A stretch of 64,000 nucleotides of DNA, from assembly GCA_025786725.1 (NCBI GenBank), contig JAHLTZ010000020.1, forward strand, positions 1 to 64,000, written 5' to 3'. Positions 26,003 through 39,473 of the stretch are shown here, piece after piece (positions within the stretch are counted from its first letter, which is position 1; the number at the start of each line of letters is the position of its first letter). Made by a program: the position numbers and the translations under genes. The notes beneath the pieces are model-generated. The model did no database searches, was not told the DNA's origin, and worked only from the letters and a program-made list of their open reading frames with translations. Source of the stretch: Syncephalis fuscata S228. Its lineage: Eukaryota; Fungi; Zoopagomycota.

Positions 26003-27554
26003 ATGATATCAATGGCATACCCGTATAGATATGGCCAGCGATGGCTAGCAGGGACGGTTAGGCAACGGTTTATTGGACAAGGTGCCAACACCATTGCTGT
26101 TATAGCACAGCGCACTTTGAGCCAGTCCACGAGTGATTATCGCGTATTTGACCGGAATCTTAAGCGTGAACAGCGTAATCGGGCTGCCCTGTCACCTGAA
26201 TCAAGTAGACAGGTTGACTACTTAAAGGACGAAGTGGCCGAACGTATGGTGGACCGACTTTTGGTATTATTTATATTATAATAGCGATATTGCCTAATAA
26301 TAGGTTTAATGGATCGATGATAGGACATTAAACGTAAATTCAATGTTATGATAGACCTTGGCTCGGGTGCTGGCCATGTTATCAAATACATGCCTACCGA
26401 TAAATGTGATCGGCTTATTATGACTGATACAGCTGGTAACTATACTTGAAGTAACAGTAATACTATGGTGTGGTAACATTTATTAGAAAAGATGCTTAAT
26501 CGAGATGCAGACACTAAATATCCTGTAACCAATGTTACTCGAGAGATAGTCGATGAAGAGACGTTGCCATTTAAAGAGAATACAGCAGATGCCGTTGTTA
26601 GCTGCTTATCGCTTCACTGGGTTAATGATCTACTTGGTAATGTTAAAATACGGTTAACTGGCGTATCAATATTATTAATGTAACGAATATAAACAGGGGC
26701 CATGATTCAAGCACGACGTACACTTAAGCCAGATGGATTATTTATGGCTTCATTAATTGGTGGTGATTCGCTTTATGAATTACGGCAAGTATACACATAG
26801 TTATATATATGTTGTGTTATATTAGTGTTAATCGATAATTATAGTACATCATTTCAATTAGCAGAAATGGAACGAGAAGGCGGCATGTCACCTCGGGTTT
26901 CTCCTATGGCTGGTAATAGTCGATATAGCTATTATTGAAACAAATATTTATGATATACTATATTAACACTATTAGATGTTAAAGATTTTGGTAATCTACT
27001 AAGTAGAGCCGGCTACACTATGACCACTGTCGATGTCGATGAAATTGTTGTTGATTATCCCACACCATTTCATTTAATGGCCGATCTTAAAGCCATGGGC
27101 GAAAATAATGCCGTTATAGTAAAGTAATTATAATGGTAATAATAGTGTAAATGTTATTAATTAGAACCATGCTAATAGACGTCCCTATTTACATCGAGAT
27201 ACACTAATGGCTGCTGCATCTATTTACAAAGGTAATTTATTATCATTTATCTATTTGACTCTAATGATTATGAGTGAATATAGAAATGCACGGTAATCAG
27301 GATGGTACAGTACCGGCTACATTCCAGGTATGTAAATTAGATCATAAAAACCAACAGCTAATACTAATCAATATACTTGATTCATATTACATATAGATAC
27401 TTCATATGGTATGTAGTCTACAGTTAAATGTCTATTGTAACTAATAAGTAATATATATATAATATAGATTGGATGGAAACCGGATGTATCTCAGCCTAAA
27501 CCATTAGAACGTGGTAGTGCACAGCAATCACTTAAAGATGTATTGGAGAAATAG
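26003..27554 (+). CDS. NDUFAF5: NDUFAF5-like SAM-dependent complex I assembly factor (many small exons)
   Basis: [15 protein letters not shown]...[83 protein letters not shown]. Confidence 0.95.
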
Positions 27555-27617
27555 AGGCACAATAATAAATAAAATAATATTAATATTAATAATATTAACA
27601 ATCAAAACTTTATTTTA

Positions 27618-29693
27618 TTAACGTAGAAATTGCTGATAAACAATATTATTTGTTTCTTCTACATATGGATATTTGAGTTGAGATAAAAATGCATCAAACT
27701 GTTCTTTTTGATCTGGTGCTACTTGAATACCCACCAAATATGGCCATAATCTATTAATAAACATTAGTATGATCAAACTTTTAATTAATAACAATTATAT
27801 TGCATTAGACTTACCACCGCCGTTATTTCGATAATGAAATAGTGAAATATTCCAGTCAGATTGTATGCCGTGTAAGAATTTTTTTAATGCAAATGGTCTT
27901 TCCGGGAATGCTATTTCACAATAACAATAATAAAATGCATTAATTAGCCAATTACTATGTAAAGGCGCGTTACTTACCAAATCGATATAAACGTTCATTA
28001 GGTACTTGGCTACGACCACCAATTAAGAAACGAGCATGACTTTTGGCCATTTCATCATGTGTAATATCTATGCCTTGCATGCCTTGCGACTGTAATACAG
28101 AGAATATTTCATTTAAATCCTTTTCACGATCAGTGACGGTAAATGACGAAAAGATATAAGCACGATCTGGATCACTGTAACGATAGGAGAATTCGGTAAT
28201 CTGACGTGGATCGATGGCTTGATGTAATTGTAAAAAACTAATACGATGATTAATGTATTAATGATCAATATAGAATCAATTCTATTTAGTCTATATTTAT
28301 CTTACCTGCCCGGCCGTTCTGGAATAATAACTGAAATAAGTGCTTCACGTTGTTCACCAATTTCGGCACGTTCAGATACAAATCGAAGTCGGTCGAAATT
28401 CATATTGGCACCACTAAGAATGGCTACATACGCACCATTTGGGTTCGGGTTGTCTTGTTCAGATAGCCATTTCTTAGCACCGGCAAGACTTAGCGCACCC
28501 GATGGTTCTACGATAGAACGTGTATCTATTTTACATATTAATGTATTAATACGCTATTACATCAATATATTATTATTGTAATAAATTGTTGTACTATTAC
28601 CTTCAAATACATCTTTAATCGCTGCACATATTTCATCGGTATTAACTAAAACTACTTCATCAAGCAATTCTTTACAAAGACGGAATGTTTCCTGGCCAAC
28701 TTGACGTACTGCTGTGCCATCAGCAAATAGGCCCACCTCGTCAACCTCTACTCGTTCACCAGCCGCCAATGATTGATACATTGCATTGGCATCATACGTT
28801 TCCACACCAATGACTTTAACATGGGGCGAAATCCGTTTAATGTAGCTAGCAACACCGGCAATAAGACCGCCACCCCCTACAGCACAGAAAATAACTTCTA
28901 ATTGCTCATCCATAGGACATTGACGTAGAATTTCTACTCCTACAGTGCCCTGACCAGCAATAACATATGGATGATCAAATGGTGGTATATTCGTAAGATT
29001 GTGCTCTTCAGCTAATCGGGCACATTCGCGCTTGGCTTCGTCAAAGTCAGCACCATACAACACTACTTCCGCGCCTAATCGACGCACGGATCGTATTTTA
29101 ATATCTGGCGTTGCCTTAGGCATAACAATAGTTGCACGAATATTCATTTTACGGGCCGATAATGCCACACCTTGTGCATGGTTGCCAGCAGAACAAGCAA
29201 TCACGCCACTCGCCTTCTCAGCCGGTGTTAAGTGGTACATACAGTTATAGGCACCACGTAACTTGAACGAGAAGACAGGCTGCAAGTCCTCTCGTTTCAA
29301 ATAGACATTAGCACCAATTCGAGTTGATACGTTGTCGGCACGTGTAAGTGGCGATTCGCGAGCAACATCATAAACACGTGCTGTCAATATTAATTTAAGA
29401 TAGTCAGGCAGTTCAGAAGGTGAACAACGACCCCCTACAACGTCTGTCGACGACGACGATACCGGCGATGAGCTCGTTTGCTGTTCTTGCTGCTCCTGTT
29501 GCTGTAGAGACTCCTCCTCCAGCTCTTCGTGCAGCTTCTGGTACTGAAGAAGTAGCCCGTTACCCTTCAACGACGGCTTTCGACTGTTGACCGGACTCGT
29601 GCTGGCCGAAGTTAGTCCCAAGCCTGATTCGCGCGGACTGTCCGTCGGTCGAGGAGACATAATAGTTGGGGAAGCGTAGTAACGTTCAGCCAT
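27618..29693 (-). CDS. ILV1: Biosynthetic threonine dehydratase (5 exons)
   Basis: [36 protein letters not shown] and two C-terminal regulatory repeats (PERPG / PERPFAL). Confidence 0.96.
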
Positions 29694-30012
29694 ACTGTCG
29701 GTTGTCAGCAAGTGTACACAACCTTTTATACGTAGGTCACCGAATAAGAAAATATGCAAAAGTCAGGCCTCTGTTCCCCAACAATTTGTAGAGACCGTCG
29801 ATCCATTTAAATCGTTGGACTGTGGTATCCAATTAGATGGAGTAAGTAAAATGGCTGATATTTTAGTGATTAGATCATCTGAAATTGTATCGACTCGGAT
29901 TCAGCCAAAAGTGTTTGGAAACGATAGACCACAAAGAGCCATAGATTTTACACTGGACAGTAGAAAGATATAGCTTTATTTAACTACAAGTTTGAATCTA
30001 ATCAATAGCCAT

Positions 30013-32551
30013 ATGTCAGAAGCACTATCAGATAGATTTATTCTATTTTATGCATCCCAAACGGGTAATGCAGAATGGATTGCCAAAGGTCTGGACAAAA
30101 CAGCTGGCGAAAAAGGCTACAGCTGTCATTGTTTAGAAATGGACTCGTTTAGCGAGGTAATAGAAAGAACATTTAAGGAAAGACAGCTTATACAGGCTAT
30201 TTAGGTAATGTTCGACAAAGAGCAGCTACTTGTATTTGTAGTATCAACTACGGGCGATGGCGATCCACCCGATAATAGTCTAAAGTTTTGGCGCTGGCTT
30301 CGTCGTAATAAACAGCCTGATTTGCTAGCTCATATCAAATACGCTATTCTTGGTATGATACAGAATTAAAAAGAGTTACAAGGAATTAGACAACTAACAA
30401 ATGAATATACTCTAGGTCTAGGCGATACTAACTATGAGAATTTCTGTAATACAGCTAAGCGACTTGATAAAAAACTAAAAGAAATGAATGCCCATGCATT
30501 CTATCCAACAGGCAAGGCTGATGATGCTACCGGGTATGTAGTTTTTAATAAATAGATTAATCATTTAACTAATGTATTAATTAATGTAAATGTAAATGTA
30601 TATTTTATAGATTAGAAGAAGTGGTAGATCCATGGATAGAAGGATTTTGGCCCGCATTGGCTACTGTATGTCGTAAAACATTAGAGGGGAATAATACACC
30701 AGCCACCGCCATTGCACCAGCTATATCGGATGTTATTATTAAAGAAAGCGAATCAACACCACCTACAGCAACCACACCCTCCTTACAACAATTGGCGCCA
30801 TCAGCGGATGTTGTTAAAGAACAGTCGGCTGTGGATGAATTGACCTTTAAAGTAACAAAACTTGTATCAGAAATAACTGATCATACCGAGGCAGCTGACT
30901 ATCCAGCCTATGTAATATCACTTGATACGACAGCATTAGACGGTGGATTGTCAAAATTAACTAATATTGCTAAATCTCCCCCTCAACTGTCACAGTTGGT
31001 TGAAGTGGAAACAACGACGACACCAACTAATACGGCACCAGTATTCTTTCAGCCGCCATCGCCATTACTATACGCACGATTGACTGGTGCGCGTACACTA
31101 ACTGCACCGACAGCAGTTAAACAAACGCTTCACTTGGCATTGGCAATTAAAGAAGGCCCAGCTGAAGATAGTGCATCCATAAGAGAGGAATTGGATTTAT
31201 TGCCAGGTGATGCATTTGGTATTCTTTGTCCAAACGATCCTCGACTTGTTCAAGCGGTACTTGAACAGTTAAACGCGGTCGATGAAGCTGATCGACCGGT
31301 AAATGTTAAGCCATTAGTGAATCGGATGCACTACCATCACATCTTGGATTAGCAGCCAAGCTAGCGACAACTACTAGACGACAACTATTGACACATGCCC
31401 TCGATCTAACTGATGTATTGCGTAAAACTACGCTACGTTTATTGGCCGATGTAGCTACTGATTTAGAGGATAAAAAGAAATTACTTTATTTATCTAGTAA
31501 ACAAGGTGATTGGTATGATGATTTGATTAATAACATTAATTACTAACATGGATATGAATAGGCTCAGATGTATTTAAACAATTACGTGATCAATTGCCAA
31601 CATTTCTTGATTTATTAAAAACATTTCCATCAGCTAAGCCAACTGTGGACCGTTTATTAGATACACTACCAGCATTGCAGCCACGTAGTTACTCTTGTAC
31701 AAACACACCACTTAGCATCCACGTGAATTGCACTTTGCATTTAATGTGGCCGATTACAAAGATGCCCAAAATAGACATCGTCTTGGTGTTTGTACACCTT
31801 GGCTTGCTCAACTAGCCGCAACCATTAGTAATGGCAATAATGCATCAGCGCCATTATTGCGCGTCTATCTTCGACCGAATGTGCCGATTTCCGTGTACCT
31901 GACACGTCTATTCATCGGCCGCTTATCCTAGTGGGTCCAGGCACGGGTGTGGCACCATTCATTGGTTTTCTCGCTCATCGTATGGAACAACGACGACTTC
32001 GTTTATCGATGGGTGGACTTACTCGTGTACCGCGACTTGAAGTGGACGCTGCCTACGGCCCAATTCATTTGTTTTATGGATGCCGTGACGATCGCCTTGA
32101 CTTTCTTTACAAAGATGAATTAGATCAGGCCAAATCAAGTGGCGCACTGGCCGAATTAATCCTGGCGGTGAGTCGTCGTCCCGAGCATGGTCGTCGCTAC
32201 GTACAGGACGGTTTACGTGAACGAGCAGACCTAGTCTGGCAGCTAATGTCTGAACAAAATGGCATGATATTTGTTTGCGGGTATGTTGTTTAGACTGATT
32301 GCCGATTCAATTGCCAATATCCAATTAACTGACAATTATCTAGTGATGCGACTAATATGGCTAAAGATGTTAATAACGCACTTGTCGATATTATAAAGGA
32401 AAAGAGCGAAATAGCCGACACAAAGGATGCATTGGCTGTATTGGCCGAATGGACCAAACAAGGTCGCTATCTTCGAGATCTAGTAAGTTAATAGCCATGC
32501 TATAGCTCTTTATTATCCCTTCTAACAATGATTACAAACTAGTGGGCCTAA
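30013..32551 (+). CDS. MTRR: Methionine synthase reductase (diflavin FMN/FAD/NADPH)
   Basis: No N-terminal TM; FILFYASQTGNA, STTGDGDPPDN, LGLGDTNYENFCN...[47 protein letters not shown]/WA*; three -1 indels. Confidence 0.85.
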
Positions 32552-32686
32552 TAATATCTGTTTAATTTTATTCAGTATGAAAACCTACAACTGTCGACTA
32601 CTATTATCATCCACATAGTTATTGGGGGTAATTGCACAAATAACAATTACAAGTTTCGAATGTTATGAGAATTGTTTTCATTCATT

Positions 32687-33721
32687 CTACTGTGGTTGAC
32701 CTCGACCATAATTAGGTGGTGGTGGTGGGCCGCCATAACTGTTATAATAATAATAATAACAAAATAACAAATTAATAATAAAATTCATTATTATTATTCT
32801 AATAAACACCATCTAATTGCCATTACTTACCCTGGTGGTGGTGGGCCGCCACGGCCGGCGAAGCCGCCTGGTCCGCCCATATGAGGTGGCATTGGTGGCA
32901 TGCCACGGCCTGGATAGCCGCCTGGCCCGCCCATTGGTGGTGGTCCGCCCATATGTGGAGGCATTGGTGGTGGCATACCACGGCCTGGATAACCTTCTGG
33001 TCCGCCCATTGGTGGTGGTCCGCCCATATGTGGTGGCATTGGTGGTGGCATACCACGGCCTGGATAGCCGCCTGGTGGGCCTGGTGGAGGAGCTCCACGG
33101 CCATAAGCCATAGGTGCAGCCGCTGCGGTAGGATGCATTGAGCCAGGAGCTGGACCACCTACACCGCGTACTGGTCCTGCTAGACCTGCAATAAATATAG
33201 TTAGTGTCGTTAAATAAACAGTATTTATTCAATCACACTAGACAGCAACTTACCGGCACCAGCCATACCAGGTGGACCCATAGGTAAACCACGACCGGCT
33301 GGACGACCCATACCAGGACCGGCGGCCATTTGAGCTGCGGCAGCTGAACGAACACGGTGTTCTTCGGGCGTGACAGGTGGTGGTCCTTCGACCGTCAAGC
33401 TAACGATAATCTCACCACGTAGAATAACTAGACCAAGTGCGCGTCGCAGATCCTGCATCGTCTTGCCATTGGCCGATGGTTTCTTTACCTTTATCTTGCG
33501 GAACTCTTCACAATCCGCCAAGACTAGATTCATATGCTTGTCAAATGCTAGCATCTGGCCAGTAAGCTGACGCGTATCCGACAGTGTAATGCGAAGCCGA
33601 TGGTTAATCAGGCTAAGCATCTTTGAATTCTTGGAGATCGTCTAGCATATATCGTGATCGGGCCATGTATGCCACTGGTTAGTTACGTGTCTTTCCACGC
33701 TCTATTCTCGCAACTTACCAT
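32687..33721 (-). CDS. SMB1: Spliceosomal Sm protein B/B'
   Basis: ATG-only first coding exon, SKMLSLINHRLRITLSDTRQLTGQMLAFDKHMNLVLADCEEFR, LGLVILRGE; Pro/Gly-rich tail with ~72-bp tandem repeats. Confidence 0.95.
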
Positions 33722-35282
33722 GATCGATACTATAGTTGGAGGCCTCGGCCGTCCGTTAATCCACTCTTATGCCAAAAATAACAGATCTGAAGCAAACCGC
33801 TACAGATCAATCCTACAAGACAGACACGCAAGCGTCAGTTCAACAAGCACAGTAATGGCTATTGAACCGATGTGTGTATATACGTGCGATTATGCGTGTT
33901 TGTGTAGAGAGAAAAGGAATGACGAGACGGCGGTAATACTATAGGTAGACCGTGTTGTTATAGTTTAGTTCAAATTAAAAGAAAAAATACTTTGCAAATT
34001 CATTTTCGCGCCTGTATGATTATTACAATTATTATTATTACACTTTATACCTCTTTCAATTGTTATTATAGTCATTTTCTATTTTCTATTAAATACTCAG
34101 TACTATGTCTTCTGTTCTATTTATTTATTTAACAAAAATAATAAATAATAAAGTTTTTGTTGTTGTTATTGTCTGCACGCTCATCGTGATTTTTACAGTT
34201 TAGATATATAATTAACAAAAACCAAAACCATTTGACAGCTGCTGTCTAGTTGATGTCGATATCAAGTATCTGTCAATACGCCAATTTATTTAAATTCCAA
34301 TCAATATGCTATCATATTCCAACAAGCCTGTATTTAGTTTTGTCTAATCAATTGTGTACACTTGTAGTTCTAAATTTGTGATTTTATTAAATACCAATAA
34401 AATAGAGTATTTAAATTGTTCTCTATTAGACAAAATAATCATATAAGTAATAACAAAAATAGAAAGTAATTTATGAGTATTAAATTGTAAATATTGTTTA
34501 TATTTACATTGCTATCGAGAATATATCCATTGAAGACTAGTATATTATAAAAGCTGGAATGCTGTGTCTAACATGATGGCAAAATACTTTGTGAGAAAAT
34601 ACAAGTAAATATTCTGGTAATTATTTTTAAAAGATTACCAATAATAAATTAGTATATTCGATACTTATAGTTTGTAAGTTATATTGTAAATTAATATTAT
34701 TAATCGATGATATGGTTGTTACAACTACTAATTACTTAATTAAGCGGATTTTATCATAAGTATTGGCTCAAATATTATCCAATCAAGGCTTATCGACTCT
34801 CTTATTACTCAGCGTTCAATCAATAAATTTAACTTTTTATTATCTTATTGCTTAACAGTTATATTTCATTTTAGCAAACGTCATTCATGGTACTACTTAT
34901 ATAAACAATTTTTATTTTACTTTTTATTCTTTTTATTTAATTAGAACCTCTATTGCTTTAAGGATATGATTCTATACATAGTATATAACAACACTTCAAA
35001 CTGCTCATAATAGATCGTCTTCTTTTCTTTCAAATTTACTTGGTTCAATTGGAATCGTTTTGTTTAAAATAGGCTATGGTAATTTACCTACTCACTATTG
35101 GTATACTGCTTTAAAATAAAAAGTTTATTGTAACGAGTGAGAATGAAAATAACTACCAATAATACATGAAAATGAAAAATTAAGATGTTGCCTAAGAATA
35201 AGAATGTACACGGAGAATACCGACGAACAAAAGGCCAACTAGTATTACCGCTCCGTTATTACTGCCCATTAATACATTTGCA

Positions 35283-37799
35283 TTATTCAACATTGTTACT
35301 ATGAGCAATATCCGATGATGTCGTCATCTCGCTGACGTCGTCGAGCTTTACCGTTGACATGGCTGAAATGACTGCACTGGTATCAGTTTCAATTAGATTC
35401 CTTTCAACTGTAATACGATCATTGTTGTCACTTGCATTGGTATCGGCATCACTGTCACTATCCACGCTGCTTTCCTCCTCGTCCAGTTGATCGGTATCAT
35501 CGGTATCCATTTGTACTTCTTCCATAATATCGTCGTCATCGCCATCACCATCACCATTATTGTTGTTATTATTAGCACTGCCTTCACCGTTATTAGCATC
35601 GCCGATATGCTCCATTGATTGACCCAAACACGCTGCAAACGATAAGGTTGGTGAACGTGGTAGAGAAATAGGCGATGCCGGCACTTGGTTAAGTACTGAA
35701 GGAGCCAAGGCAATCAAATCATAGGATGGCGGTGGAGAAAGCACATCATTGGCCATATTCTCCATCATAGATGCTTGGTCAGCTACACGAGTGTATAGCG
35801 GCAATGGTTCTCCCATCGACATACGTGCCCGGTGGCGATATTCATTACCATTAGCGTCACGATCATACTGCGCTATTACTGGTGTGGGTCGGCGGTAATT
35901 GGCCATAACAATGGGTACACGCACAGTGATTCGAGTATCGTGACAGCCCCGTCGAGGGAATATAGATACCATAACATAGTATGCAAGATGAATAGGTGCA
36001 TCTCGACGTACGGTAGATGGTGGTTCCATGGCATCAGTGGGCAGTGTAAGTGTTAAATTAGACGACAATGTTTCTGGATCGATATTCAGCGCTTCAATAC
36101 GATAGGAAATAGTACGAGATATTCTTTCCGTATTGCTAAATAACCACCAATTAATATAAAGCTGTAAAATAGCCACTAATACTTACGTTCCCATATTAAC
36201 TGTTTGTCTTCGACGTAACTCTACCAGAACACCTTCTGACTGTTGTAGTTCACAGAAATGTTTAACATTAATGTTGATTGGCAATTCATCGCCTATTCAT
36301 TCGTTATTAGCTATTAGCTATTACACTTGCTGGTTTGTCTATTCCTACCTAGTAAAAATCCCGTACGCGGTAACGACACTTTACAGGACACCAGTCCTTT
36401 AGGTGCACGTCCCATTCTAGTCCAAAAACCACCAACTACAATCTCCATAGCATTTTCGCCTTGAGCCGTCTGTTCTAGTCGACGTCGATTCACAGGAACA
36501 CGCGACTGTACGGTTAAATCACGTGAAACATGTCGTCGTGGCTTTGGCCATGGCTGGGTGTAAGAGGCGATTAATTCGTAGCGTACAAATGTCAACGATT
36601 CCTATCCATCCCATATTAATTAGATTAATTATAAACAAAACATTTTACCATACACTTACGTAAAAGGTACTTGGCATATCCGTCAACACATCATTTGGTG
36701 TAGGCAATACAAATTGAAATGGAAAGCGATGCAGACCCTTGCCTAATTGATTTGGTTCGTCCATCGATCCAAATGATCGTAAACGACGATGCTGTGGCTG
36801 ATTTGACAATGATGATGTAGACAGTCTACCTTCTTCGTTGGCCGCATTATTTGCCGTTAGACTAGATGGCTCGGCACTACCTGGTCGTTGGAGAGAATGG
36901 CCTGCTGCGCTATTAGAGCCACTTGCCCCGCTATTGGGCGGTGTCAATCCAAGATTACGTAGTAATGTGCCGATCTTTAATCGTGACAAGTAATCGCCTC
37001 TTGATCCCACCAAGTTTGACGTGCTATTACTACGTGGACGGCCACCCCGGCTAAGCATATCGGCCTCTACACTATCCTCGTTTACTTCCTCGCTAGATTC
37101 GGCAGCCAGCGTAGAAGAAGGATGTGAGCTTAGTATGGGCATGGTCACGCTGACCGTGGGCACATTGGCCCGATGGGAGCCAGAAGTCGAGGACCGAGCT
37201 GAACTGGGTGGCTCGTGGCCTTGAATGGCCGAGCTTGGTCCCCGTGCACCTCCGCCTTGTCCAACAGCACTCGAAGAGCTACCTGGCGCATTTGATACGG
37301 CAGCCCGTGCCGCCGACCACACCACCATTTCCTGGGCAAATAGCTCAATGGTATCACTGCAACAACTATAGTCATCGTTAATAGGTACACCTATCGCTAA
37401 GTAACCATATCCACTTACTAGTTACGTCGAATGAAACATTGCATCGATCCACATAGCCGTACACGTATTTCCCGTGCACTTATTGATTTAGACAGCTCTA
37501 GTTCAATGAAACCTATACACGCATATTTATTAATAAAAGTCACATAGAATAATAATAATAATAAGTAAATTATATAGTCATATAATAAGAATAGACACCA
37601 TTTAATAATAAAACCAGCTCCGCTTATTTAAAATACAGTAACGCCTACCTTTAACAACATCGCCAGGATGGTAGATAGCATCGGGTGCGTCCAATAGAAT
37701 ACGAAAACCAGTAGAACGCTGTTCGAGTGCCGTCTTTTGTACTCGAACAGAAAGCGCATTGTCGGCCATTACACCTGCCATAGCGCTAAGGCTATTCAT
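35283..37799 (-). CDS. Alpha-arrestin (ART-like) protein
   Basis: YHPGDVVKG, GLHRFPFQFVLP...MPSTF, FVRYELIA, VSLPRTGFLLG, VPIVMAN; PY motifs LPLY and PPSY. Confidence 0.88.
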
Positions 37800-38271
37800 A
37801 GCGTTGTAGAAAAGAAAAGAAAAAACAGCGACAATAACCGTAGCTGTACCAAAATAGAATTGAAGATGAACAATATTCTATAAAAGAAAAGCCAATACTA
37901 AACACTACTATCGTCAATGCTACTAATAGTACCGTTCATTAATAAAGCAGATAAAGAACAGCAATTACTATAAAGTAACCACGACAACAGCGATAAAGAT
38001 GAGTATATTATAAAGAGAAATAGCACGGCAACAACAAAGACACAAAACAGACCAATAAGTAATAACGCCACTATAAAAAGATAAGAATCAAACAGTCGTA
38101 TATATCAGTGCCAAATCAACAAGGCAGTCCGCCTTTATTTTACAGGTCCAACAGAGGTCAGACAGAATGGCTGTGTGTATTGCTGTATGTGTACGTGTGG
38201 TGCAGCCTGTGCACAGGTAGAGACATGCGGAAGGATCAAACACAGCGTATGATATAGTTATTGAGCAATGG

Positions 38272-38304
<33 letters not shown>
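38272..38304. repeat. (TTG)n microsatellite
   Basis: ~11 trinucleotide units. Confidence 0.95.
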
Positions 38305-38307
<3 letters not shown>

Positions 38308-39473
38308 AACAAACAGCATCATGCATACGCCATTCATGTACATGCTGTTACATAGTCGGTATCTAGAATGGCGTACAGAGACACGCGTGCAGTGAAGTGC
38401 ATACGCCAGTAAGCCATTCTTTGCTGGAAAAGAAACACCACATGCATCAACCAAGAGTGCTAGAGCCCATTTACTTATCGCCACCCCACCACACGAGCGT
38501 ACTGCAGTTACAGGTTGTTGTCGTTGCTGTCATTGTCGTCGTTGGCACCATCCTCTCCTTGACATAATGCCAATCTTTCATATGGTAATACAACAGATTG
38601 ATGCCATTCCTGCATGTTGACCAACCAAACGTTGTTTGCTCGTATGGCCATACTATAGAGTCACGGTGTGCCTTTTACACCATCTACAAGAATAGACATT
38701 GATCATAGGCGAGACAAGTGCACGGTGGCGATCAAATAAACGGTTCAGGGCCTAAAACTCTCGATTACCATAGTGTATATAGTAGAAGGCCCGTGTTGGT
38801 TTAATTTGACTTTGGATGGTGACGAGGCCAGTGGGTTACACACTTGCCACCGCGGTCAAGGCGGCGATGCTATAGAGTTGCACCACACGTTAATCACCTA
38901 GTACAACCTTAATAAAACAGTTTTATTAGAAAAGAAAAAGTACAAGACGGTTATTTGTCTACAGCTTGTCCGCCCTCTATTTCTATGTCGCATTACTATA
39001 TGGATACACTAGTTGCCTCATGCTTTCTCCGCGATATATAAAACTACGATCCACGTGTACAATGTGGACCTGCACAGATAAATAAGAAACGCAATCAATA
39101 AAATGTGCATGCTGTAATTAATAGTAGTGGATACGAAAAACAACAAATTGTTACCATTGTACTTATAGTAAAAGTAATAATAATTACCATGTACTATTTA
39201 AACTACCAATATTATTTATATTAACTAATAATATGACGTTATAAATGATTTAATAAATAACATGATATAAATGAATGAGTATCTATATTTATGCAGGTAC
39301 CATGACTGTTCTTTTTTTTATTTTCATTTAAAACTAATTAAAAATGTTATTTTTTATTCTTTTGTTTTGCTATTTATCTTTATATTATTTGTCAAGTGCC
39401 GTCTGAGTCCTTTCGTTTCTTCGTTGGTAACACTTTGTCTCTCTGCCTTTTCTTTATAATATTTACAGCTAAA

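Noticed and set aside
32813-33232. Overlapping His/Trp-rich and other repetitive ORFs
   Set aside because: Alternative frames of the SmB Pro/Gly-rich repeat exon
38636-38900. GC-richer intergenic stretch starting GCTCGTATGGCCATAC, resembling a 5S 5' end
   Set aside because: No internal control region or 3' helix I complement follows; probably promoter DNA of the divergent arrestin/ABC pair
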